64,000 nucleotides of DNA from an uncultured Muribaculaceae bacterium (GTDB lineage Bacteria > Bacillota_I > Bacilli_A > RF39 > UBA660), in assembly GCA_964408085.1 (NCBI GenBank), contig CAYOYB010000004.1, positions 81,231 through 145,230 on the forward strand. The letters are read 5' to 3'. This document shows, piece by piece, positions 10,201 through 18,611 of this stretch. Under the pieces are notes generated by a model. It saw nothing but the letters and a program-made list of their open reading frames with translations, ran no database searches and had not been told where the DNA came from. Numbering within the stretch: the stretch's first letter is position 1; each line of letters starts with the position of its first letter. The translations under genes were made by a program, and so were the position numbers.

Positions 10201-10539
10201 CTATTTTTTCCCTTTTATAACCTTTTCTAATAACAATCTTTTATCAAAGCCACCATTTTTTTGTTTCTTTCGATCAGCTTCGACAATAATGTCTTCTAAA
10301 CTAAAACCACTGAATTCAGCCATAGCTCTAATTAATTCTAGTTTATCAGCTAATTCTTTTTTTCTTTTTTCTAATGATTCAGCAGTTTTTACCTCTTCTA
10401 GTTCTTCTTGGTCCTTTTTTAATAAATATTCCCAATATTCTTCTGGATTTAAAACTCTTGTAAAAGGTTCTTCTCCATTAGCTCTACAAATATCAGGAAT
10501 TTTATCACGAACTAATTTATTATAATATACTTTTTCCAT
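10201..10539 (-). CDS. MazG-like nucleoside triphosphate pyrophosphohydrolase (small all-alpha type)
   Basis: The N-terminus YYNKLVRDKIPDI plus an acidic EE-rich helix is typical of the small MazG/PRA-PH-like family. Confidence 0.6.
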   Translation of the reverse strand: MEKVYYNKLVRDKIPDICRANGEEPFTRVLNPEEYWEYLLKKDQEELEEVKTAESLEKRKKELADKLELIRAMAEFSGFSLEDIIVEADRKKQKNGGFDKRLLLEKVIKGKK

Positions 10540-10639
10540 TACACACCTCTTATATATTAAGACTCCAAAAATTTGAAGTTTATCTACATACGATACTTAA
10601 ATAATATAGATTTCAAATTTTTACTTCTACTAATCTTTC

Positions 10640-11218
10640 TTATCTATTTTTTGAATTTAGAATATAAGATAGAAGCATTCCAACTGTCCTATCTTCATGT
10701 ATTTCATTCTCCTGACACATTCTAATAACTTCATCAAATTCAAACCATGTATAACCATTTATGACCTCATCTTCTTCCAATTTAGGACCAGTTTCAGACT
10801 TAATGTATTCTTTTATTTCAAAATAATATAAATCCCAAATTACACCAGCACCATCCTTTGAAACTTTTAAAAGTTTTGGATGAGATATTATCAAGCCAAC
10901 TTCTTCCAATACTTCTTTTGGAACAGTTTTCAAAACACTATCCATTACTGTATTATTTTTTAAAGCTAATTTATAATCATTAAGAGATTCAAAAACCTTT
11001 CCACCAGGTAATCTATAATCCCAACCATTTAATTCATAACGAAATTCTTTTGAAAGTAATATTTGGCTTTTTTCATTTACAATTAAAGCTCTAATTCCTG
11101 GTGGACGTCTAACCATATTTCGCCTTATACATTTTACTTGACTATCAATTGTAAATTCCTCTTCTGTTTCCAAAAATTCAAAAAAACCATTATCAAAGAG
11201 AGTTTTTTCTGTTTTCAA
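10640..11218 (-). CDS. NUDIX hydrolase
   Basis: Nudix-box-like segment GGKVFES...EVLEEVGL. 192 aa. Confidence 0.7.
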   Translation of the reverse strand: MKTEKTLFDNGFFEFLETEEEFTIDSQVKCIRRNMVRRPPGIRALIVNEKSQILLSKEFRYELNGWDYRLPGGKVFESLNDYKLALKNNTVMDSVLKTVPKEVLEEVGLIISHPKLLKVSKDGAGVIWDLYYFEIKEYIKSETGPKLEEDEVINGYTWFEFDEVIRMCQENEIHEDRTVGMLLSYILNSKNR

Positions 11219-11293
11219 CTTATCACTTCCCTAATCAAGATTTTAAACAAAATAATTTATTAAAACTCCAAAAATTTGGAGTTTATCTACATC

Positions 11294-11367
11294 TGGCAGG
11301 GGTGGCAGGAGTTGAACCCACATGAACGGTTTTGGAGACCGTCATTCTACCATTGAATTACACCCCT
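11294..11367 (-). tRNA. trnW: tRNA-Trp (anticodon CCA)
   Basis: The reverse complement folds as a cloverleaf: AGGGGTG acceptor, anticodon loop CTCCAAA, T-arm GTGGG-TTCAACT-CCTGC, and an encoded 3' CCA. It is followed by a hairpin plus T-run. Confidence 0.93.
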
Positions 11368-11502
11368 AATACATTCACTAAATATTTATTTATGAATAAA
11401 ATATAGAGAAAAATATTAACATAGATATTGTAACATTGTTATTTTATTTTTGCAAGTACTTTAATAATTTTTCAACATTATTAATAGAGGGGAAGATAAC
11501 AC

Positions 11503-11928
11503 ATGATTGTAAAATATACAACTAAAGAAAGAGATTTATTAGCAAGATTAATGCGAGCTGAAGCAGTTGGCGAAGGTAACTTGGGTATGCTAATGGTAGG
11601 AAATGTTGGTGTTAATAGAACCATTGCCAGTTGTTTAACATTTAACAACATAAGAACTATATCAGAAATGATTTATCAAAATCCAGGTGGATTTTCTGGA
11701 ATAAATAGTCCATTATTTTTTAGTAATCCAACAACACAACAACAAAATTTAGCTGATAGAGTATTAAAAGGTGAATACTATTATCCAGCTACTAATGCTT
11801 TATGGTTTTATGCGCCAAAAACTAACGAAAATTGTAAAAATATTTGGTGGGACCAAGCTTTTGCAGGAAGATACAAAAACCATTGCTTTTATGAACCATC
11901 TGAAGGAGTATGCGTAGAGATACATTAA
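11503..11928 (+). CDS. SleB-like cell wall hydrolase (Hydrolase_2 domain)
   Basis: LLARLMRAEAVGEGNLGMLMVGNVGVNR... is typical of the spore-cortex-lytic SleB catalytic domain. Confidence 0.75.
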   Translation: MIVKYTTKERDLLARLMRAEAVGEGNLGMLMVGNVGVNRTIASCLTFNNIRTISEMIYQNPGGFSGINSPLFFSNPTTQQQNLADRVLKGEYYYPATNALWFYAPKTNENCKNIWWDQAFAGRYKNHCFYEPSEGVCVEIH

Positions 11929-11983
11929 AAAAACAGTTTTAATATATTCAGATTAATATATCTAAATATATCTAACTGTTTTT

Positions 11984-13122
11984 TTATTTACTAAGTGGAA
12001 TTCTTAGTGTTTGACCTATACTTAACAAATTACTTTTCAAATTATTATAATTCATTAATTCTTGAGCAGTATAACCATATCTTCTTCCTATTGAATATAA
12101 ATTATCTCCTGATTTAACTGTGTATTCAATATAATTTGCTTGATTATTACCAGTATTTGTTGGTATCTTTAAAGTTTGACCTATATTTAATAAAGTACTA
12201 GTTAAGTTATTATAATCCATTAATTGTTGCGTAGACACACCATATTGTCTTCCAATCGAATATAAACTATCACCTGGTTTAACAGTATAATTTATATAAT
12301 TAACTTGTTCTACATTTGAGGAACTATTAGGTATTTTTATAATCTGACCTATACTTAATAGAGTACTATCTAAATTATTATAATCAAGTAAGTCTTGTAT
12401 TGTAAAACCATATTTTTGACCAATTGAATATAGACTATCGCCACTTTTAACAACATATTCTGTATAATTACCAGTAGGCACTTGCTCAGTCGATGCTATT
12501 GGTATTCTTAGTGTTTGACCAATTTGTAATATATCACTAGTTAAATTATTATAATTTTTAAGTTCTTGTACAGTTAAATCATTTTTTTGCGCTATGCTAT
12601 ATAAACTATCTCCTGCTTTAACAGTATAATTTATATAATTCTTTGGTTCAGTATCTGTACTAGACATTCCTGGAATTTTTAATCGTTGACCTATACTTAA
12701 TGTATTATTAGTTAAGTTATTAGCATTTTTTAATTCATCAACAGTAATATCATATTTTTTAGCTATACTCCAAAGACTATCACCACTTTTAACCGTATAA
12801 TAATCTGAAGAACTTGGGTTTTTAATGTTTTTGTATTCTAATATAGCATCAACTACTGCTTGAGCATATTTTTTATAATCATTTTTTAGTTGATTAACAT
12901 CATCGCCTGTACTATCAAGAAAACCATACTCAACTAAAACGGGTTCAGTTACACCAGTATTACGATGAATAAAATAATAATCCTTTGATGTATCTGATGG
13001 TAATCTTCTTTGATAAGATTTACGTATATTTTGACCAGATTTTTCTAATTCATCTAAAATTAAATCTGCAAGTTCATTTGTATTTCGAAGTGCATAAACT
13101 ACTTCAGCACCATCACCACCTC
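11984..13122 (-). pseudogene. 3' segment of a split N-acetylmuramoyl-L-alanine amidase (end of the Amidase_3 domain plus five LysM repeats)
   Basis: GGDGAEVVYALRN...VLVEYGFLD continues an Amidase_3 domain. Five LysM units (YTVKSGDSLYSI...IGQTLKIP) follow. The first 4 codons of track ORF 11984..13132 derive from the inserted element. Confidence 0.85.
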
Positions 13123-13143
13123 GTGGGTTCATTTACCATTGTT
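13100..13143. repeat. attL-like junction of the inserted element
   Basis: Core CACCTC at 13117-13122 is shared with the other junction. The element arm GTTCATTTACCATTGTT at 13127-13143 is the 16/17 inverted repeat of 28505-28521. Confidence 0.75.
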
Positions 13144-13199
13144 CATTATTTACTTTTGTTCCACATATGTTTATTTTGCGGTTCAAAAGTAAAATAACT

Positions 13200-14090
13200 T
13201 TAATTTTCTTTCACTTTATATTTTTCTAAAAGTTCTTCTCTATGTGAATAAATTTGATTAAGTGATAATTTAGCAAGCAAATCATTCAATTTTATAACTT
13301 CTTCATCATCAATTGTAACAACATCTTTATCTGGATATTCTTCTTGTTTGGAAATCATTATTGCCAAAGATGGAGAAATTGGGTAATATAGTTCTAATTT
13401 ATCCGGTATGCCATCGAAATCACCATGAAAATTAATTGCTGGCTGATCTGAAGTAATAAAATTATCATTTTTACTTTTTAATAAACAAACTTGATAATTT
13501 TTTTCATATAAATATAAGCCTATCTTAAATGCTATACTATGGCGAATTAAAATCCATACATTTTCCCCTCTAATATCAGGATCTTTTAATTTTAAACACA
13601 TATTTTTAGTATTTTCTTTTATTTTTTTCGTTCGACAATATTGTTCAGCAATTGCATGAAAGAATTGTATAGAATTACTTTTTTCTTCTAAAAAAGAAAA
13701 ATCTTTTTTATATAAAAAATCTAACATTGGATTTAATCTATCTTCTACTATACAATTAAAAAATGACTCTTCACTTTGTTTAGCAAAATCTATTATTTCA
13801 TCTCGTTTTACACAACTTTTATAATTATATGCTTCTTTTAATTTCTCGTTAAACTGTTGATATAAAAGCATTAGCTTTTCGCAACCATTTTCTGCAAAAT
13901 ACTTTCCAATTTCAATTTCTTTATCTGTACATGGTATAAACTTATAAAAATTATTTTCTTGACCAATATTCATTATATTTGTTTTAAATATTTTCTTCTT
14001 TTCTCTAAGACAATATATCATTTCTTTAGTAGACCATTTTCTTAAATACTTTCTATAAACATAATGTGGATGTTTTGTAATACTTGTCAC
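13200..14090 (-). CDS. DUF4238-like protein (unknown function)
   Basis: N-terminal HPHYVYRKYLRKW and internal FITSDQPAINF resemble DUF4238 hallmarks (H-Y-x-P/x-x-YL and tSDnP). GTG start with an AGGTGA RBS. Confidence 0.5.
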   Translation of the reverse strand: MTSITKHPHYVYRKYLRKWSTKEMIYCLREKKKIFKTNIMNIGQENNFYKFIPCTDKEIEIGKYFAENGCEKLMLLYQQFNEKLKEAYNYKSCVKRDEIIDFAKQSEESFFNCIVEDRLNPMLDFLYKKDFSFLEEKSNSIQFFHAIAEQYCRTKKIKENTKNMCLKLKDPDIRGENVWILIRHSIAFKIGLYLYEKNYQVCLLKSKNDNFITSDQPAINFHGDFDGIPDKLELYYPISPSLAIMISKQEEYPDKDVVTIDDEEVIKLNDLLAKLSLNQIYSHREELLEKYKVKEN

Positions 14091-14117
14091 TAGATAATCA
14101 CCTATATATATTATACA

Positions 14118-15773
14118 TTATTTTTTTCCTTTTCTACCATAAGGATTTCTCGCTAAATTTCTATTTTCATATTTAAAATTTATTTCTAGAGCTATATCAT
14201 ATTTATATTTGATAGTAATATTTCTATCTTTATCAATCACTATTCTATCGACTAAAGTATCTATCAATTCTTTTTTAGGTTTATTTAAATCCAATAGTTT
14301 TTTAATCTTTTTTGTATAATTTGGTAAAATACTACTTTTGTTTTTAATTTTATATTTTTTTACTTGTTCATTTTCAATACTTTCATTTATTTGTTTTAGT
14401 TTATTTTCTGATTCGCTTGCTAATACCTTATAAGTGTCTGCTGAAATTACCCCATCACATCTATCGTTATATAGAGTTGTTAACATATTTGTTATTTTAT
14501 CTTTTTCAATCTGTAATTCTTTAATAACTTTATCTATATCAGTTGTTTCTTTATGAATATTTTTAACAACTTCATTATTTAATTCATTTACATCAAGTTC
14601 TTTAATTAATTTAGATACTGATTTATTTATTTGTTCCAATATTTGTTCTTCTAAATAATTATATGGATAAAAATGTGAATAACATCTTCCTCTTATTGGA
14701 TCTCTAGAATATCTATTACAATTAACAGACCAATAATCTAACTTTTTTCTATAAAGAACTGTTAGCCTATTTTGACACTCTTTACAAAATAATTTCCCTT
14801 CTAACAATCTTTTTTCCCTATTTGTCTTAACTTCATAATTTCTAGTATTTCGCTTTCTTAAAGTATTAACATATTTAAAAGTCTCTTTATCAACTAATGC
14901 CTCATGGGTATTTTCTACAATAATCCATAATTTTTCGTCTAAAGTTATTTTTTTCTTTGATTTATAATTCACTTTTGTTTGAGTATGCTGAATCATATCA
15001 CCAGTATATATTCTGTTACACAAGATTTTTTTTACTGTAGAAATATTCCAGTTATCTCTATCTATTAATCTTGATGAATAATTAGTTTTTTTATAACCGC
15101 TTGGTGTAACAATATTTTCTTTATTTAATCTATTTGCTATTTCAGTTGGTCCAATTCCTTCTGCACGCCAGTTAAATATATTTTTTACTATAGGAGCAGT
15201 TTCAGGATTAGGGATCAAATGTCCTTTATCTTTTGGATCTCTCATATAACCAAAGCAAGGTAGACTACCAACAAATTTTCCATTTTTTCTTTTTTCATTC
15301 AAAACATTTCTAATTTTAATAGAATTTTGTTTACTATAATAATCATTACAAGCAATTATAAATGTTGATGAATCGTTACTAGCTTGATTTTTAAAACTAT
15401 CATATGACTCAAGTATAGATATAAATCTTACACTATTTTCTGGGAAAAATGTTTCAATATAATAACCTGTCATAACATGATCTCTACCAAGTCTAGATAA
15501 ATCTTTAACTATTACACAATTTATCTTTTTTTGTTTTATATCTTCTATCATTTTTTGAAATCCAGGTCTATCAAAATCTGTACCAGAATATCCATCATCA
15601 ACATATTCTTCAACTAAATTAAATGCATTATTCTTAACATAACTTCTCAATAATTCTTTTTGATTAATTACACTTTCACTATCAGATTCATATTTTTTAT
15701 CTTTATCTTCTTGAGATAATCTTATATAGATTCCAACATTGAAATCCATTCCAGCTAAGTAAGTATTATACAT
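14118..15773 (-). CDS. large serine recombinase
   Basis: N-terminal resolvase domain (VGIYIRLSQED..., VKDLSRLGRDH), a recombinase domain, a Cys-rich zinc ribbon (CKECQNRL...CNRY...RC) and a C-terminal coiled coil. 551 aa. Confidence 0.92.
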   Translation of the reverse strand: MYNTYLAGMDFNVGIYIRLSQEDKDKKYESDSESVINQKELLRSYVKNNAFNLVEEYVDDGYSGTDFDRPGFQKMIEDIKQKKINCVIVKDLSRLGRDHVMTGYYIETFFPENSVRFISILESYDSFKNQASNDSSTFIIACNDYYSKQNSIKIRNVLNEKRKNGKFVGSLPCFGYMRDPKDKGHLIPNPETAPIVKNIFNWRAEGIGPTEIANRLNKENIVTPSGYKKTNYSSRLIDRDNWNISTVKKILCNRIYTGDMIQHTQTKVNYKSKKKITLDEKLWIIVENTHEALVDKETFKYVNTLRKRNTRNYEVKTNREKRLLEGKLFCKECQNRLTVLYRKKLDYWSVNCNRYSRDPIRGRCYSHFYPYNYLEEQILEQINKSVSKLIKELDVNELNNEVVKNIHKETTDIDKVIKELQIEKDKITNMLTTLYNDRCDGVISADTYKVLASESENKLKQINESIENEQVKKYKIKNKSSILPNYTKKIKKLLDLNKPKKELIDTLVDRIVIDKDRNITIKYKYDIALEINFKYENRNLARNPYGRKGKK

Positions 15774-16045
15774 TCATTCCTCCAATCATCTTACTTAATT
15801 GGGTATTAAGACAATTTAATAATAACGCGATATTAAAAAAATTGCAATACATCATTTTTTAATTTCTTCATCTTTTTTTATCTCTTCGATAAGATATTTT
15901 AAAATAAGATCTTTAAACTTAATTTCATTATTCATAACAACACCTATTTAAAGTTATGTTATAATTTCTAATTTTATTATCCTTCATTTTTTCAACCCCC
16001 TTGGTTTCAAATAAAAAACTATCAGTTCCTTTTCACCAATAGTTA

Positions 16046-16237
16046 TTAAATATTAACTTTATTTTTTATAAGCTCATTCTTTTTTATATCAGTATCATCA
16101 AAAAGATTCTTTTCTTCTCTTATAATGTATTTAAAACACTTCCTATTAAACATGTCTTTTAATCTTTCTTCGTTTAGATTTGGTTTATTAGTTTTAAATT
16201 CGTATGTAATCACATAATTAACTTTTCTTTTTTTCAT
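16046..16237 (-). CDS. hypothetical small basic protein
   Basis: 63-aa ORF with an AAGGCGGAG RBS. Confidence 0.45.
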   Translation of the reverse strand: MKKRKVNYVITYEFKTNKPNLNEERLKDMFNRKCFKYIIREEKNLFDDTDIKKNELIKNKVNI

Positions 16238-16305
16238 TTTCTCCGCCTTTCACCAAAATTGTAACGCACTTATAAAAATATGTCAGCAGTAAATTAAATG
16301 CTCAA

Positions 16306-16476
16306 TTACTTATCATTTCTAATAACTACTTCAAGATTTTTATAGATATATTCTTTTAACAATGATTCCATTGCAAATTGAAATGTAACTTTATTATTAG
16401 ATAATACTTTTTGAATTGCTTTCTCAGTATTACTATCTATCCTAAATTTCTTTTGTATAGTTTTATTTGCTCTCAT
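16306..16476 (-). CDS. small ribbon-helix-helix-like protein (56 aa; not in the ORF track)
   Basis: My own translation: MRANKTIQKKFRIDSNTEKAIQKVLSNNKVTFQFAMESLLKEYIYKNLEVVIRNDK. A perfect AAGGAGG RBS lies 7 nt upstream. Confidence 0.5.
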   Translation of the reverse strand: MRANKTIQKKFRIDSNTEKAIQKVLSNNKVTFQFAMESLLKEYIYKNLEVVIRNDK

Positions 16477-16824
16477 ATAAACATCCTCCTTTCTATAATT
16501 TTGGTACCGTCTTTATATTCTTATAGATATAAAAATAAAAATATTTTTAAACTAAAATTAAAGCAGGATAAATCTTGTTTACAAACAACTAGCCAGTGTC
16601 TAGTTTATCCTTATTTTATAAGAGATTTCAAAATTGCAAAGTGTAAACATTTTTCATATTTGTTATACAATTGTATACATCATAATCCTTATTTTATAAA
16701 GGGTGTTATACACTCGTATACATTTTTTTAATACGAAATATTTCATTTTTGATACATAAATAATAATTTTTGTAAAAAAATTTGGTACCAGAATTATATA
16801 TTTTTTAAGGGGCAATTTTGAATA

Positions 16825-16857
16825 CAAAAAACACCAACAAGAATAGCTTGCTGGTGC
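16825..16857 (-). terminator. terminator of the dnd operon
   Basis: Minus strand reads GCACCAGCAAGCTATTCTTGTTGGTG followed by TTTTTTGT. This is one of the few GC-containing hairpins in the region. Confidence 0.6.
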
Positions 16858-17095
16858 AATAAATTTTACAATTATTTCGTATTCTACTATATTGTAACAT
16901 ACAATTGTTGAAAGTCAATAAGGAAAAAATGTTGGATAAATAACTGCAAAAATCTCTGATTAAAATCTAATTAAGCCTTATAAATACTGCATTTTCCTAA
17001 ATAGATACTTTAATGGATATTTGCCTATTTACAATAACAAATAATTTTTTTATACCAATAATTTATAAAAATGCGACTACATTTTTTAATATTTA

Positions 17096-18208
17096 TTATT
17101 CAATTTCATCAAAATCATTATAATCACAATAAGATGATAATGAGAATCTTATTGTCTCCCTTATTTGTTCGTCCGAATAACCACATTCTTTTAAAACATA
17201 TGATGGTTTTGAATTACTACAAGCAGAGCCTGTACTTGCAGATATAATTGAAGAAGCATTTTTCAAAAACAGTTGATTATTATAGCCTTTTATTTGAATA
17301 CTAACTAATCCTGGTATTTTATTCTCAAAATTATTATTTATAATTATTCTATCACCAAATACATCAATCATTTTTTTCTTAAATTGTTTTTCATATTTTT
17401 TTAATATTTCAATATTTTTTTCCAAATCTTTTTCAGCTATTTCAGCAGCTTTACCCAAGCCAACTATTTGATGTACTGCTAAAGTACCACTTCTAAATCC
17501 AAATTCCTGTTCTCCTCCATGTATCAAAGGAGTTATTTTAGGATACAAATTATTTGAATCCTTTCTTATAAATAATATTCCAATACCTTTTGGGCCATAA
17601 AATTTATGTGCAGACATAGACAAAAAATCTATATTTGCCATTTCTTGTAAATTAATATAACCTTTACCAGCAAATTGAGTTGCATCAGTATGAAATAAAA
17701 CATTATGCTTATGACAAATTTCAGATAATCTCTTTACATCGTTAATACTTCCCAATTCATTATTTGCCCACATTATTGAAACTAAAATTGTATTCTCTTT
17801 GATATTTTTTTCTAGGATTTCTGGTAAAACAATTCCCTCACGATTAACAGGTAAAAATGTAACTTCAAAACCGTTTTCTTCTAAAAAAATGGCAGTATTT
17901 TTTATACAAGAATGTTCTACTGCACTTACTATAATATGATTGCCTTTATACTTATTCGCATGAGTATAGCCCTTTAATACCAAATTATTACTTTCAGTAG
18001 AACCACTTGTAAATATTACTTCATCATTTCTACAATTAACAAATGAGGCAACTCTTTGTCTAGCTAAGTCTACTGCTTCTTGAGATTTTAATGCTTGATT
18101 ATAATATTTACTATTAGGATTACCATAAAATTCTGTAATATATGGCAGCATTTCATCACATACCTCAGGTAAAACTCTTGTAGTTGCTGAATTATCTAGA
18201 TATAACAT
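17096..18208 (-). CDS. dndA: cysteine desulfurase DndA (IscS/NifS family)
   Basis: Class V aminotransferase motifs, SAHKFYGPKG (PLP Lys) and the active-site Cys in STGSACS. It is the last gene of the dnd operon. Start at the ATG at 18208, after AAGAAGGTGA. Confidence 0.85.
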   Translation of the reverse strand: MLYLDNSATTRVLPEVCDEMLPYITEFYGNPNSKYYNQALKSQEAVDLARQRVASFVNCRNDEVIFTSGSTESNNLVLKGYTHANKYKGNHIIVSAVEHSCIKNTAIFLEENGFEVTFLPVNREGIVLPEILEKNIKENTILVSIMWANNELGSINDVKRLSEICHKHNVLFHTDATQFAGKGYINLQEMANIDFLSMSAHKFYGPKGIGILFIRKDSNNLYPKITPLIHGGEQEFGFRSGTLAVHQIVGLGKAAEIAEKDLEKNIEILKKYEKQFKKKMIDVFGDRIIINNNFENKIPGLVSIQIKGYNNQLFLKNASSIISASTGSACSNSKPSYVLKECGYSDEQIRETIRFSLSSYCDYNDFDEIE

Positions 18209-18222
18209 TTTATTCACCTTCT

Positions 18223-18609
18223 TTAAAGTAATTCAAAAATGGAATCTAATACCTTGTCGTAATTACCTTTTAACTGATATTCATCATATAATACATTAAC
18301 GCCTCTAGAAATATGTGCATTAAATAATTCAGGAAATAATTCTGAATCTGTAACTTCTTTATTTAATTGTTCAATTAATAATGCCTTATATAATTCATCA
18401 AAATCTCCTGTTATAGTAATTCTTTGATATGTAGCACCTCCGTGATCGTTGTTGATTTCATTGTACTGTTTTCTTGGATCTTCTTTGCTTTTTAATGAGA
18501 GACCTATAGCTATTCTCATAACAGAGGCTTTGGTGGATAATTTTAGTAACTTTTGTAATTCTATTATCTTCTGTTCAACTTCTAATGAAGTAGTTAATCT
18601 ACCATTCAT
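18223..18609 (-). CDS. dndE: DNA sulfur modification protein DndE
   Basis: 128 aa, immediately after dndD. N-terminal RLTTS...LKLSTKASVMRIAIGLSL resembles the DndE family. Confidence 0.7.
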   Translation of the reverse strand: MNGRLTTSLEVEQKIIELQKLLKLSTKASVMRIAIGLSLKSKEDPRKQYNEINNDHGGATYQRITITGDFDELYKALLIEQLNKEVTDSELFPELFNAHISRGVNVLYDEYQLKGNYDKVLDSIFELL

Positions 18610-18611
18610 AA

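Noticed and set aside
12000-12830. Regularly spaced ~200-bp DNA repeats that could look like a repeat array.
   Set aside because: They are the five LysM-domain coding repeats of the amidase gene. They are in-frame and diverged at third positions. There is no CRISPR-like repeat/spacer structure anywhere in the window.
15774-16045. Tiny minus-strand ORFs (19 and 27 aa) upstream of the recombinase gene.
   Set aside because: They are below any length at which I can support coding potential, and they lack a convincing RBS.
16411-16731. 106-aa plus-strand ORF in the recombinase-dnd spacer.
   Set aside because: It starts inside the better-supported minus-strand RHH-like gene and runs through the repeat/operator region. 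It has a Phe/Tyr/Ile-rich low-complexity sequence and no RBS.
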